A stretch of DNA of 64,000 nucleotides from Oopsacas minuta (taxonomy: Eukaryota; Animalia; Porifera): contig JAKMXF010000144.1 of NCBI GenBank assembly GCA_024704765.1, positions 1 through 64,000 of the forward strand, read 5' to 3'. Positions 1-12,901 of the stretch are shown here, piece by piece. The notes under the pieces were generated by a model, which saw nothing but the letters and a program-made list of their open reading frames with translations, was not told the origin of the DNA and ran no database searches. Both the position numbers and the translations under genes were made by a program. Each line of letters starts with the position of its first letter. Within the stretch, counting starts at the first letter, position 1.

Positions 1-999
1 GCTGATATAGAGCTAAAATTAGCAGAGGTTAATACACACCAGCCTGAGACCCATATTGTATTCAGGAACCAATCCGAACCCCTAGAGCAGCTGATTGCAC
101 AACTGGGAGAGGTTCTAGAGGAGGAGGTACCAATCATACCCAATTACCAAGCTATGAGAGAGGTAGTAGCTGTTGGGAAGAAACGGAGAGCTCCTGGAAA
201 GTTGTATAGTCCTCGAGCTGTAGCTATTGACTACAATACCAACAAAATTTTTGTTACAGAGGGGGCACAAATCTTATCCCGGGGTTTATTCAGCACACAC
301 AAACGTATTTCCATCTTTACAGAGAGAGGAGATTACCTAGATAGCTTTACCCACAAGGACATGCAGGGTCCACACGGTATAGCTATTCACGAGGATAATG
401 TGTACGTCACAGATACACTTGTGCATGCAGTGTTCCTCTTCAAAATGGAGACTAGCTTCCCTCTAATCGCTAAGCTAGGGACTGGAGGATCTCGGATAGG
501 AGAGTTTAACAGTCCTCAAAACCTAACTGTCTCTACTAACGGAGACGTATACGTAACAGATTTTTATAACAACAGAATCCAGATCCTCAACAGCTCTCTA
601 CAACCCATACGTAACCTCACTAAAAAGCCAATTCAGAACCCTCGTGACATAAAACTAACAGCTGATGAGGTCTACGTGCTCTGTGAGGACAATCCCTGTA
701 TACAGGTGCTATCTCACGCGGGAGAGAGACTCCGTTCTTTGGCGTCTAGAAGTATGCCGAATGATGTTGCTAATCCTCATTTCTTCTGTCTAGACGTAGC
801 AAAGAATATAATTATCAGTGACTGGTGTTATAATGGTAAAGTAAAGATATTCAATAAAGAAGGAATCTTCATTCACGCTATACTAGTAGAACATCAAAAG
901 AAAGTTCCCGCGAGAGGATTAGCTCTAACGAAAGATCTAAGTTTAGTAGTTATATTTCCTGATAGTGATTATTATTTACGAATATTCTCATGTTTATAA
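1..999 (+). CDS. Coiled-coil + NHL-repeat beta-propeller protein, intronless (5' end cut by window edge)
   Basis: Open frame from the window start to the stop at 999 with NHL repeats (PRAVAID, PHGIAIHEDNVYVTD, GEFNSPQNLTVSTNGDVYVTD). Same as the C-terminal part of 36682-37938. Confidence 0.9.
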   Translation, partial: ADIELKLAEVNTHQPETHIVFRNQSEPLEQLIAQLGEVLEEEVPIIPNYQAMREVVAVGKKRRAPGKLYSPRAVAIDYNTNKIFVTEGAQILSRGLFSTHKRISIFTERGDYLDSFTHKDMQGPHGIAIHEDNVYVTDTLVHAVFLFKMETSFPLIAKLGTGGSRIGEFNSPQNLTVSTNGDVYVTDFYNNRIQILNSSLQPIRNLTKKPIQNPRDIKLTADEVYVLCEDNPCIQVLSHAGERLRSLASRSMPNDVANPHFFCLDVAKNIIISDWCYNGKVKIFNKEGIFIHAILVEHQKKVPARGLALTKDLSLVVIFPDSDYYLRIFSCL

Positions 1000-1044
1000 T
1001 GTTTATCACATCCAATAATTAATAAACAAACAAACATTCTATCA

Positions 1045-3747
<2,703 letters not shown>

Positions 3748-4670
3748 CTATAATAAAAATATAAAATGAAATTTTAGAGGTGTTAAGTCAGAGTAGAACA
3801 GCTGATCTGTCTCAAGAGGACACTCGTGGACAGAGAAAAATGTCCTCCTGTGTACAGGTCACAATTATTACAATCAACTCCTGGTATATCAACACGGATA
3901 TATGAAATGCCCGCTTATACCAAAACTTCAAAGTAACATATTACCGATTGTATTATTGGGTCCCGTGTGGGGATGGATATAAAGGTTAATTGTATTTGAA
4001 AATTATCCTTAAGGAAAAGAGGGAGGAGAGGGAGAGGGGAGGGGTCAGAGAGACACTAATTAGTGACTCTATGACCCATACAACAGCTGTAGTATACTGA
4101 ATTAATAAATACACCATGGATAATAGAATTATAATATTATTGGAGATGTATAAATTAGCTGCCTTATCATAGTAACGGTTAATCTCAATAGGAATTCATA
4201 ATATATATGATATACATGATACATACCATCAGATGTCTGTAGAAACCCTATTATAAGTCTGAGTGTTAGCTAATTGAATTATTATAAAACAATATGAGAT
4301 TACAGGAATTGTGTCGCACTGCCACGTGGCTATAAAATGGACACAATTTGTATATAAGAACAATGTATGACTAGACAGGAGCCAATCAAATGCGCTGTTA
4401 TAGCGAATAGTTGGCATTCATTAGATGCATTGATGAAAGGTGTGAAAAGTGTCACTTTTGAGCCACCCAATGGCACAGTAATGTGTCACAATATGAACTA
4501 AAAGGTGTGAATGCAGAATATGATTAATTAGCAAATAAATGAAGTAAAATCATAATTACCAATAAAGTTCTATTTTGAAGATTCATATAAGAATCTTAAC
4601 AACCATATTTGAATTTGGAATGCTATTAAAAATATAAACAACATTTAATATTTGTCCCAGGGGGTCAAAA

Positions 4671-5681
4671 CTAGACCCCCTCATCATCAAAAGCGTCCAT
4701 ATCATCAGAGAGGGTGTCAGACCCCAGAGAACATGTCTCCTCCCAATCTACACCCCCGAGCAGTTCGACGAGGTCAGAAGCGGGGGGTCTCATATCCACA
4801 GAGTGGTCCAAACATCTGTCGATAATATATTTTATTTGAAGTGGAGTCTTAGGCAGGACACATTCTGGTAGTGTCAGTCTCTTAGCCTCCATACACATCA
4901 AATACATTATATTATAGTGATTAAGCTCCTTAGTATCAGAGAAGGGAAGTGAGTTAGTTAACACCTCGTAGATAACAGCACCGTATGAGTACACATCTGA
5001 TCCCTCACTGTGACAACGTGACCGTACAACTTCTGGTGCCATCCACAGCAAAGTACCTACATCATCTGTCTGTGTGGAGTCCTTAGCTTGGAGTTTTGAG
5101 ACACCAAAGTCACATAGCTTAGCTCTCAGAGGCTCTTTGGTCAGTAGAACATTCTAAATACACATATTGGTAACTAGGGTATATCAAATATTGGTGTCAA
5201 TATGTTATACCTTGCTCTTCAAATCTCTATGTATCACATTCTGTGCATGGAGATAAGACAGACCCTTAGCTATGTCTGTTAGAAGAGAGGTGACAGAATC
5301 AGGATCCAGTTGTCTCTTCTCCACATGTAGTACTCTATACAGACTCCCTCCCTCAATGAACTCCATAAGTATACACAACTTGGGGGCGTTACATGCTCCC
5401 ACAAATTTGACGATATTCTGGTGGTCTAATTGGCTCATAAGCCATACCTCATCTGAGAATTCCTTTGGGTCGGTACAGTCGTCAAGTTCCTTAATAGCAA
5501 TTGACACCCCCTGCCATATACCCTTATAAACAGACCCGTATTGACCCTTGTCCAAGAGGTCCTCTATGAGTAGGTCGTTATAGAGAACTAACCTACAGTC
5601 AAATCGGGAGGGGGCGAGGGTACCGAGATTTGTGTGTACCTTCAAAACTTCAGAACAAGATCTCCTTGTATTCGCAGCCAT
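4671..5681 (-). CDS. Stand-alone TKL-group (MLK/MAP3K-like) protein kinase, 2 exons
   Basis: Exons 5681-5211 and 5153-4671. GKGQYG, IAIK, HRDLKSKN, DFG and WMAPE are all intact. Confidence 0.88.
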
Positions 5682-6173
5682 TCGTGTTCATAATAACAAT
5701 TCTATTCTGTTTATATATATGCCACAATTAGCTGTGTAACCATTTGACGAAGCCACTTTTTAACCATTAGTAATGCGACTGGAGAGCAATTCTTATATGG
5801 CTAGAAATGGCATGATGGCATAATGCGACACATTTTGTGGAACACTTGTGTCACGATTCGGTTATTACTTAATTTTATAAGTTTCTAGAAGCCTAGTAAC
5901 CACACTAACATTAGGAATGTTTGGTATTTACACTAAAGTACAAGATTATTCATAATTGTGTCACTAGTTAACCAATCAAATTACTTGGAAACATTCAATA
6001 TTTGAGATATTTTGCGACACAATAGGAAACAAGTGGCAGATTTGTGACACTTTTTAAAGTTACATTTATAAGTGAAAATAATTGCGACACAATTATACAA
6101 ATATCGCAGAACCGCGAAACTTTACTGACACTTTATAAGTGGCAGTAGTAAGGATAGGATGAAGATATCAAGT

Positions 6174-6268
6174 GGTGAGGGGGGAAGGGGAGAAGGGAGA
6201 AAGGGAAAAGGGGTGAGGGGGCGAGGGGAGAAGGGGAAAGGGTGAGGGGGCGAGGGGAGAAGGGGAAA
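6174..6268 (+). repeat. Purine-rich G-run minisatellite (GGGGAGAA / GGGGGCGA units)
   Basis: Many G3-G6 runs separated by short A-rich linkers. The unit order differs in copy B (43111-43201). Confidence 0.85.
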
Positions 6269-6404
6269 TAAGTAATTGATTGTACTCCTGTATCTGTAAT
6301 ATTCATATAAATTGAAATTTGAAACAGAGCTAGCAAAAAAATCAAATTAAATGAGTTGAATGAAAAGATTGAATTTACACATCTACAGGTGTGAAGTGGC
6401 ACAC

Positions 6405-9400
6405 TCACTCTGCCACATCTTGATCTTTGTCGCCAATATGCCATAAAATAACAAACGCAAGAGATAGAATTCCAGTTCCTAGAATAAAAATATCCAATAA
6501 TAGTTAGGTGTGAAAAGTGGCACACAAACTCACCAAGTAGATCTCCTAGAGCTGTCAAATAAGGAATAGCCCCGTTATTTGGATCGCTACCCCAAGACCA
6601 GAGGAAGTGGACAATCCAATTAGCTGCCACCATGAGTAATGCCACTTGTATGCCACTTGACACCAAATAGCTGAATATGAAAACAGGGCTTAGAGAAGTA
6701 TGTCCCGCGTTCAAACCATGGATAATTAATAAGAAAATACAACTCCCAACAACTGACACTAATATGAGCCATCTCGCCATCTGGGTGTTGGTATTGTGTC
6801 CCCAAAAGGTGTGAAGTATGCCCTCATAAGCTGCCTAAAATATAATACAGAAAACCAATAATTAAATAATAGTTAAGAATAATCAAATATGGAACTATCA
6901 ATTACAAATAAGAAACTATATAAATACACAATATGGAACTAAGAATATGAAACTAAAATATGTACTTTCAAACAGATGAATTGTGCCACTTAAGTTTACA
7001 ATTCTTAGAAAACCATAAATTTGACTTGAATATTTTTAGTTGTAACTATAGCAACAGAATTATAAGGAAAGAATGTCAGTAGGCACAAAGCTATTCTCAT
7101 TCTTATCTAAGGACACAAATGAGCCACCTGACACCCGGGACCTGGAAGGATCAGGTTCATTTTGGCGTCAGAAGGGGTACAAGGTTCCTGGACACGCACA
7201 ACCGGATGTGGTATGCACCTCACCGCCACACAAGGTGTATGGCGCACAACACCCTCCGAAATACGTGGCAGATTCCGACACAAAAGTGTCACAGACAGAC
7301 CACTTAGTGGCATACCACCGGAGCATGGTGACGGATATTGAAGAGGGGTTTAACATTCCACTTACAAGATCCCATTCTGATGGCGTCACACGACCACCTG
7401 ATGCCACTTCGCCACTTTCTGACCCACCTGGTCTGAAATTTGAGTTCGACATCAAAGCTCATTTTCTGAACAAAGTCAAGCATATGAGCCAATCAAAAGC
7501 AGAGGAACAGAGGTCCGCTTTCAGAGGATCAGAGGGCCTGGGGTATGACCCAAACGACAGAGAGACCGCTAAACTTGAGAAATTCGGGAAATCACTTGCC
7601 GGACCTAACACGGACATAAATGTTATCCGTAAGCTCAGCTGGGGGGGCATACCTGCCCAATTGAGGGGGACAACCTGGCAGCTCTTGTGTGGGTACCTCC
7701 CGACTAACATAGACAGACGGGAGAGCACCCTGACCCGTAAGAGACTGGAGTACCGTCAATACCTGGACAGTTATTACAAGAAGAATGTGTTTGATAATAA
7801 TCACGATATAATGAAGCAGATTCAGGTAGATGTACCAAGGATGAACTCAGAGATAAAGTTGTTTAGACAACAAGTTGTAAGAGAGGTGTTTATTCGGGTG
7901 TTATTCATATGGTCTATTAGACACCCTGCCTCTGGGTATGTCCAAGGGATCAATGACCTCTTGACGCCTTTCTTTATCGTGTTCCTATCCTCCTATGTCC
8001 CAGCTGATAAGAATACAGATACGATAGAATTCAGTTCCCTGCCACAATGCCACCAGGACACAATTGAAGCAGACTCTTACTGGTGTGTGAACCACTTCCT
8101 AGAAGGCATACAGGACAATTACACCTTTGAGCAACCTGGCATACAACTAAAAGTAGCAAAACTCCGGGAAATCGTCCAGAGGGTGGACAATAATCTCCAC
8201 CAACACCTCATTGACAACGAAATAGAGTATATGGCATTCTCATTCAGATGGATGAATAACCTACTTATGAGAGAGTTCCCTCTCCACTGCATAATCAGAT
8301 TATGGGACACTTATCTATCAGAGAGGGAGGGGTTCGCAGAGTTCCATTTGTACACATGTGCAGCCTTCCTCCTCACCTTCTCAAAACAGCTGATAGCCAA
8401 ACCTGATCTGCAGGCTCTGATCCTCTTCCTACAGAGACTCCCCACTGACCAATGGGGTGATAGGGATATGGAACTATTACTGGCAGAGGCATACAGACTA
8501 AAGTACACATTTGAGAATGCACACGGACATCTTAAAGTGGCACAGAGTAAAGATTCTACTTAATTCTGCCACTTTTCACACCTTTTAGATAGTGTGAAAT
8601 GTATGGTTCCAATAAGAACTAATATATATATAAAAAATTTTAAATACCTCTTTATCCGTAACCTGGTTACCAGGCGTACTTCTGGAATGTAGAGATGTGC
8701 TAATCCTGCATGCCTGAATAGCAACTAAGTTACCACCTGTACCGTTTATAACTGGCGCGTAAACCGCCAATCCCTCTAGACCCATTACCACTTTATCTAG
8801 AACTGTGCCACCTAGTGAACTAATACACATGGCTATTAGGAGAGGTGTCCAACCATATTTGACCACTTCTTTAGTTGTGTCGCCTCTGGTTGACACGTAG
8901 AGCCACATAACACCAAGTGGCAGCATAAGCGACACAATTAGTGGTGCAATCCACATTGTGACTTCTCTCTTGTCGTAGAGTGTTGATGCCACAAGAGACA
9001 GTACACCTAGAAAAAGGTGTTAATTACAGTTAAATGGCACAAATGTGTCGCTTACCTAGTGTCACGAGATCTCCCAAGGCAGCTGCTAGAGGTGTTGCTA
9101 AGTTGTCGGGGTTAAGTTTAAAAGTGGCACACAGATAAACCACCACTGCCATCACGACACCTAACAGTAGTCCGGACACACAGGCCGCTAAAATGGCAGA
9201 AGCAAATATTAGTGACACCAGGGACCAATCTATCTGTCCAAGGGACACAATTAGGCCCAGGAGGACAGACAAACAGCTAGCTAGGATCGACACAATAGTG
9301 GCTTGGCCTTGTATAAGTGATAAGTTATAAGCGACAACTTTAAGATAACCACCCAATGATGCCACTTCTCCCAAATTAGCAGCTGTTGAGAGTCTAGCTG

Positions 9401-9716
9401 TTAGTGTCATTTCTAGGTTACCCTTCAATCCCAGTAGAGGAGGAACTAATATGAATAACTCATCCACTTTAATAAACACTTCCCAGTGCTGTACTACATC
9501 TAATAATAGACCTGCCATAACCAGACCGACACCTGAAAGTGTCGAAGATATAAATATCTGTAACAGGGAGTATGCCACTTCTAGATAGGTGTTAGGTGGT
9601 TTGAGAGATGGTTTAGGAGGTGGTGAGTCGATTGAGAGACCACTATCACTCCCTGAGAGGCAGATAGGTGTGAGAATTGTGTCGCTATGCTCATCAGAGC
9701 CATTTTCTAATTCCAT
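6405..9716 (-). CDS. SLC41A: SLC41 (MgtE-like) magnesium transporter, 4 exons
   Basis: Exons 9716-9056, 9006-8648, 6834-6534 and 6478-6405. Motifs: LLGLKGNLEMTLTARLSTAANLG, NPDNLATPLAAALGDL, PVINGTGGNL, DPNNGAIPYLTALGDLLG, C-terminus LWHIGDKDQDVAE. Confidence 0.92.
7073..8563 (+). CDS. TBC1D22: TBC1D22/Gyp1-type Rab GAP, intronless, nested in SLC41 intron 2
   Basis: 496-aa ORF with TBC motifs IQVDVPR, SGYVQGINDL, EADSYWC, IQDNYTFEQPGI, FSFRWMNNLLMREF and RLWDTY. Confidence 0.93.
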   Translation: MSVGTKLFSFLSKDTNEPPDTRDLEGSGSFWRQKGYKVPGHAQPDVVCTSPPHKVYGAQHPPKYVADSDTKVSQTDHLVAYHRSMVTDIEEGFNIPLTRSHSDGVTRPPDATSPLSDPPGLKFEFDIKAHFLNKVKHMSQSKAEEQRSAFRGSEGLGYDPNDRETAKLEKFGKSLAGPNTDINVIRKLSWGGIPAQLRGTTWQLLCGYLPTNIDRRESTLTRKRLEYRQYLDSYYKKNVFDNNHDIMKQIQVDVPRMNSEIKLFRQQVVREVFIRVLFIWSIRHPASGYVQGINDLLTPFFIVFLSSYVPADKNTDTIEFSSLPQCHQDTIEADSYWCVNHFLEGIQDNYTFEQPGIQLKVAKLREIVQRVDNNLHQHLIDNEIEYMAFSFRWMNNLLMREFPLHCIIRLWDTYLSEREGFAEFHLYTCAAFLLTFSKQLIAKPDLQALILFLQRLPTDQWGDRDMELLLAEAYRLKYTFENAHGHLKVAQSKDST

Positions 9717-9769
9717 TCTAAATATTAATATAAATCTATTTTTACACTAAAATATTGAAATTATTTATT
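9717..9769 (-). promoter_or_regulatory. Compact inter-cistronic spacer: AATAAA, U-rich tract, acceptor AG one base before SLC41 ATG
   Basis: AATAAA at 9769-9764 overlaps the last FTSJ3 codons. The 44-bp AT-rich gap ends TTTAG-A-ATG (AG at 9719-9718). Confidence 0.6.
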
Positions 9770-12731
9770 CTTATATTTCCTAAAATTTTTGCTATTTTTC
9801 TTCTGAGATTTTATAGCATTCCTTCTGTCCTTTTTCATTCTAGAGTCTACTCGCTTGTAGCGCCCTTTCACACCTTTAGGTCTGCCACCCTGCCCCTTGT
9901 CACTTTTCTTAGAAACCACATAGGACACTTTCCCGCGTGATTTTATTTGTCCCGCCTTTTTATATAGTTTCTTAATTTTATCAATTTTCTCTTTCTGAGC
10001 TGTGACGTCATTTGTGTCAGGCAGGTTATCCAATATTTTACGCGCCATTTCCACCTTTTTAGCGGCTTTAAATTTCCTTTTCGCCTTTGCTTCAACTATC
10101 TTTTTGATTGGTCGATTATCAATCTCTTTCTGGCGCGTATTATAGTACTCAACCTGACAACGTAAAGAACGTTACTACATTCCTTATACAAATCTAGCAT
10201 AACTTACTTGTTGCTTAGTAACGGGTAGTATCCTAAAGGAATGCTTCTCTTCGTCGTCAAGGAACCAATCAGGAATGTCTAATCCTTCATCTCTGTTTGT
10301 ATATCTATTATAGGCGCCATCTATTATGTCCTCACGGGACCCTTTAGAGAGGAACATTTGTTCCGCTAGGGCTAGACCAATCGGGTCCAGTCTCTTAGTT
10401 CCAGTAATAGTTCCGGTTACACTCTCGTCGCTATCTGATTGGCTATGATATCCATCTAGATTACATGTATAAATACAGTAAACATTGGAGTTAACGACAC
10501 TCGTTTGGGCGGGCGAAAAAGGTGGCTATATCCGGGTTATGGCGTGTGCAGAATAATGCTGCGAGATTCTGGGCAAGCAAAATGAGTCGTTATATGCGAT
10601 TTGTTGTTATTTCCAATGTTTACTCTCTACAATAATAGAATACATATATAACATACCAATATCCATGTTATGCTGCTGGGGTAGAACAGATCCATTCGTC
10701 AGCTGTTGTGACACATTTTTAACACCTTTTAGCTGTGCTACTGCATTCTTTAAATCTATATCTTCATCTCTATCAGCTCTGTGTTCTGATTGGTTAAAAA
10801 CATCCCTCTCGAACCACTTGTCGCCTCTGGAATGTGACACATTTCTCCCTAGAGACTAACAGGAATGTATAACACATTCCTCGCCTACCATGGTAACAAC
10901 ACAAATATGTACCTCTGTTAGAATTGGTGCTTCATCATTACTACTGTCAATAGAGAATGTGTCCTCAAGTGGCTCAGTGCCACTTTTGAATGTGTCCGGC
11001 AAATCTTCTTCATCTCTCATGTCCCAGTCACATCTAGATAGAGGTGGCTTAAAAGTCTCAATTGTGTCCTCAGGTGGTGGCTCAATATCCCCATCTAACA
11101 TTTCTTGTAGCTGCAAAAATAATTAAATAAAATACAGATAATTAGTTCCAACTGAAACTAACCTGGTCCTCATTCGTAATGCCATTAATATTGAAAAGTG
11201 GCATATCATTGTGGCTCATATCCTGAACACCTCCAGGGAACATTTTCATAGACTCAGCTAGTTTCAGTTTCCGTTTAAGCGCCACTTTCCTTTCCCGCTT
11301 TTTCTTCTGTCTCTTCTCACGACTTAGTTCCGTATTTATCAACTTTAGTTCCGATTCTCCCTCCGACACATCTGTGCCACTTCCAGAAAGTGGATCAGTC
11401 TCTACAGAGTCTGATTGGTCAATAAAATTACGTAATGTGTCTCTCCATTTTAACAGAATTCTCAGTTCTCTCCGACCTAACACCTGAATGTCCTAAAAAT
11501 AGAATACAAAATTGTAAATATTAATACAGTAGATACCGGTTAAGAGAGTACCGGATAAGAGAGTACCGGATATAAGCACCATCCTCTGGATACCGGTTCT
11601 CTTATACTCCTGTATATTATACCGGTCATAAGAACATGTATTGCTACTCCTAAGGGTGTTCTTATAACCAGTATACATTGTCTTTATGTTACTATAAATA
11701 GCAACCTTGAATAAGGTGATAATCTCATTGGTTGTAGCAGGGTGTTTCTTGAATATATCCATGTCTATTTCCAAACTGCTGGCTTCCTTTAATAACTCTA
11801 AGTGGTTGTGGGAGAGGACGAACTCGGAAAGTGGCACAGGGTGGTACACTAGAGGGTGTGAAGTGTCGCTGTACCCCTCAGCCCGTTTCTTCTTCCCGGA
11901 AATAAGTTGTGACACTTTTATGACGTCAGGAGCCTTCTCCAGCCGTTTTGATTGGCTAACCTCTGTTTCCTATGGATACCAAATGAATAACATGGTTGCT
12001 ATGGTAATAATAACGGGAATTTACCTTGAATATATATTTGGGATCTAACAGCTTAGGATCCAAAGAATCAGGCGCCAAATATCCTCTGCAAACTATAAAT
12101 ATTTCAGCACTCTCCAGACGGGATGCTTCCGGTTTGGTGGCAGTAACGTGGTGGAACAGCTGTTGACAGACCCACAAGAGAGCAGAGTAGTCCTTGGACC
12201 GGAACACCTTTGTTATGAACCATCCATCAGCCCTCAGAAAGTGACACGCTAGTCCTAGCGCCTTCAGACATAGCGACACCTATTATAGTGTAAAATTAAT
12301 GTCTTAAAGTGACACAAACCACTTCACACCTGGTCATAAGCGTCCTGTTCCCATGCTACTCCCATATTCGGCGCCCCGTCGTTAAGCACGACATCAGCTT
12401 TCACGCCTTTTCCTAATTCCTTAGTGAGCATAGACCGACACTTTTCTGTAGTTATGTCACATTGAAATGTCTTCACACCTGGGATAGGAGCTATAGGAAC
12501 AAGATCTACCCCAACAACGCTACTGGAGATTGGCATGTGTTGCTGTGCAGCTTGTAACCAACTACCAGGGGCGGCACAAAGGTCAATGAGACAATTGGAA
12601 CATTCTAGAAATTGGAACTTCCTATTTAATTGTAATAGTTTGAATGCAGCTCTGCTCCTATATCCGGTCTCCTTAGCCAGTTTGTAGAATTTATCCCTTC
12701 TCTGTTTACCATGTTTAGCTTTCTTGCCCAT
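9761..12731 (-). CDS. FTSJ3: Pre-rRNA 2'-O-methyltransferase FTSJ3/Spb1, multi-exon
   Basis: N-terminus [65 protein letters not shown]-terminus [16 protein letters not shown]. Confidence 0.93.
11534..11626. repeat. Intronic TACCGG cluster (15-bp periodic direct repeats plus inverted arm) in FTSJ3 intron 11493-11705
   Basis: TACCGG occurs at about 11534, 11549, 11564, 11591 and 11620. AGAGTACCGGATA is tandemly duplicated. Confidence 0.7.
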
Positions 12732-12734
12732 TAC

Positions 12735-12800
12735 TTAAACAGCTAGTTAAACAGCTATCTAGCTATACAGTTATCTAGCTATACAGCTACCTAGTTAAAC
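12735..12800. repeat. Short tandem duplications immediately upstream of FTSJ3 ATG
   Basis: TTAAACAGCTA x2 (12735, 12747), TATCTAGCTATACAG x2 (12756, 12772) and CTAGTTAAAC x2 (12743, 12791). Confidence 0.75.
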
Positions 12801-12901
12801 ACAGGTTATATTTATCAATTAAAAAGGTGTCAAAATGTGAGTATTCATTCAGAAGTAACGTAGGTGTGATAATATGGATATAAAGGGTAAATAGTTTGTT
12901 C

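Noticed and set aside
4321-4337. GCCACGTGGC palindrome followed by TATAAAA as a plus-strand promoter
   Set aside because: No plus-strand gene was found downstream, and TF-like words are too common in this window to be diagnostic.
6133-6533. C-terminal half of the 215-aa ORF (Pro/Ser/Phe-rich)
   Set aside because: It is read-through of the SLC41 intron, last exon (wrong frame) and downstream polypyrimidine tract. The true last exon is 6478-6405.
7107-8508. Multiple short ORFs overlapping TBC1D22 on both strands
   Set aside because: They are shadow frames of a long, well-conserved ORF and show no recognisable motifs. The same applies to the antisense ORFs over PH-SH2, ARID1, LDB, IVD, CFAP58 and FTSJ3.
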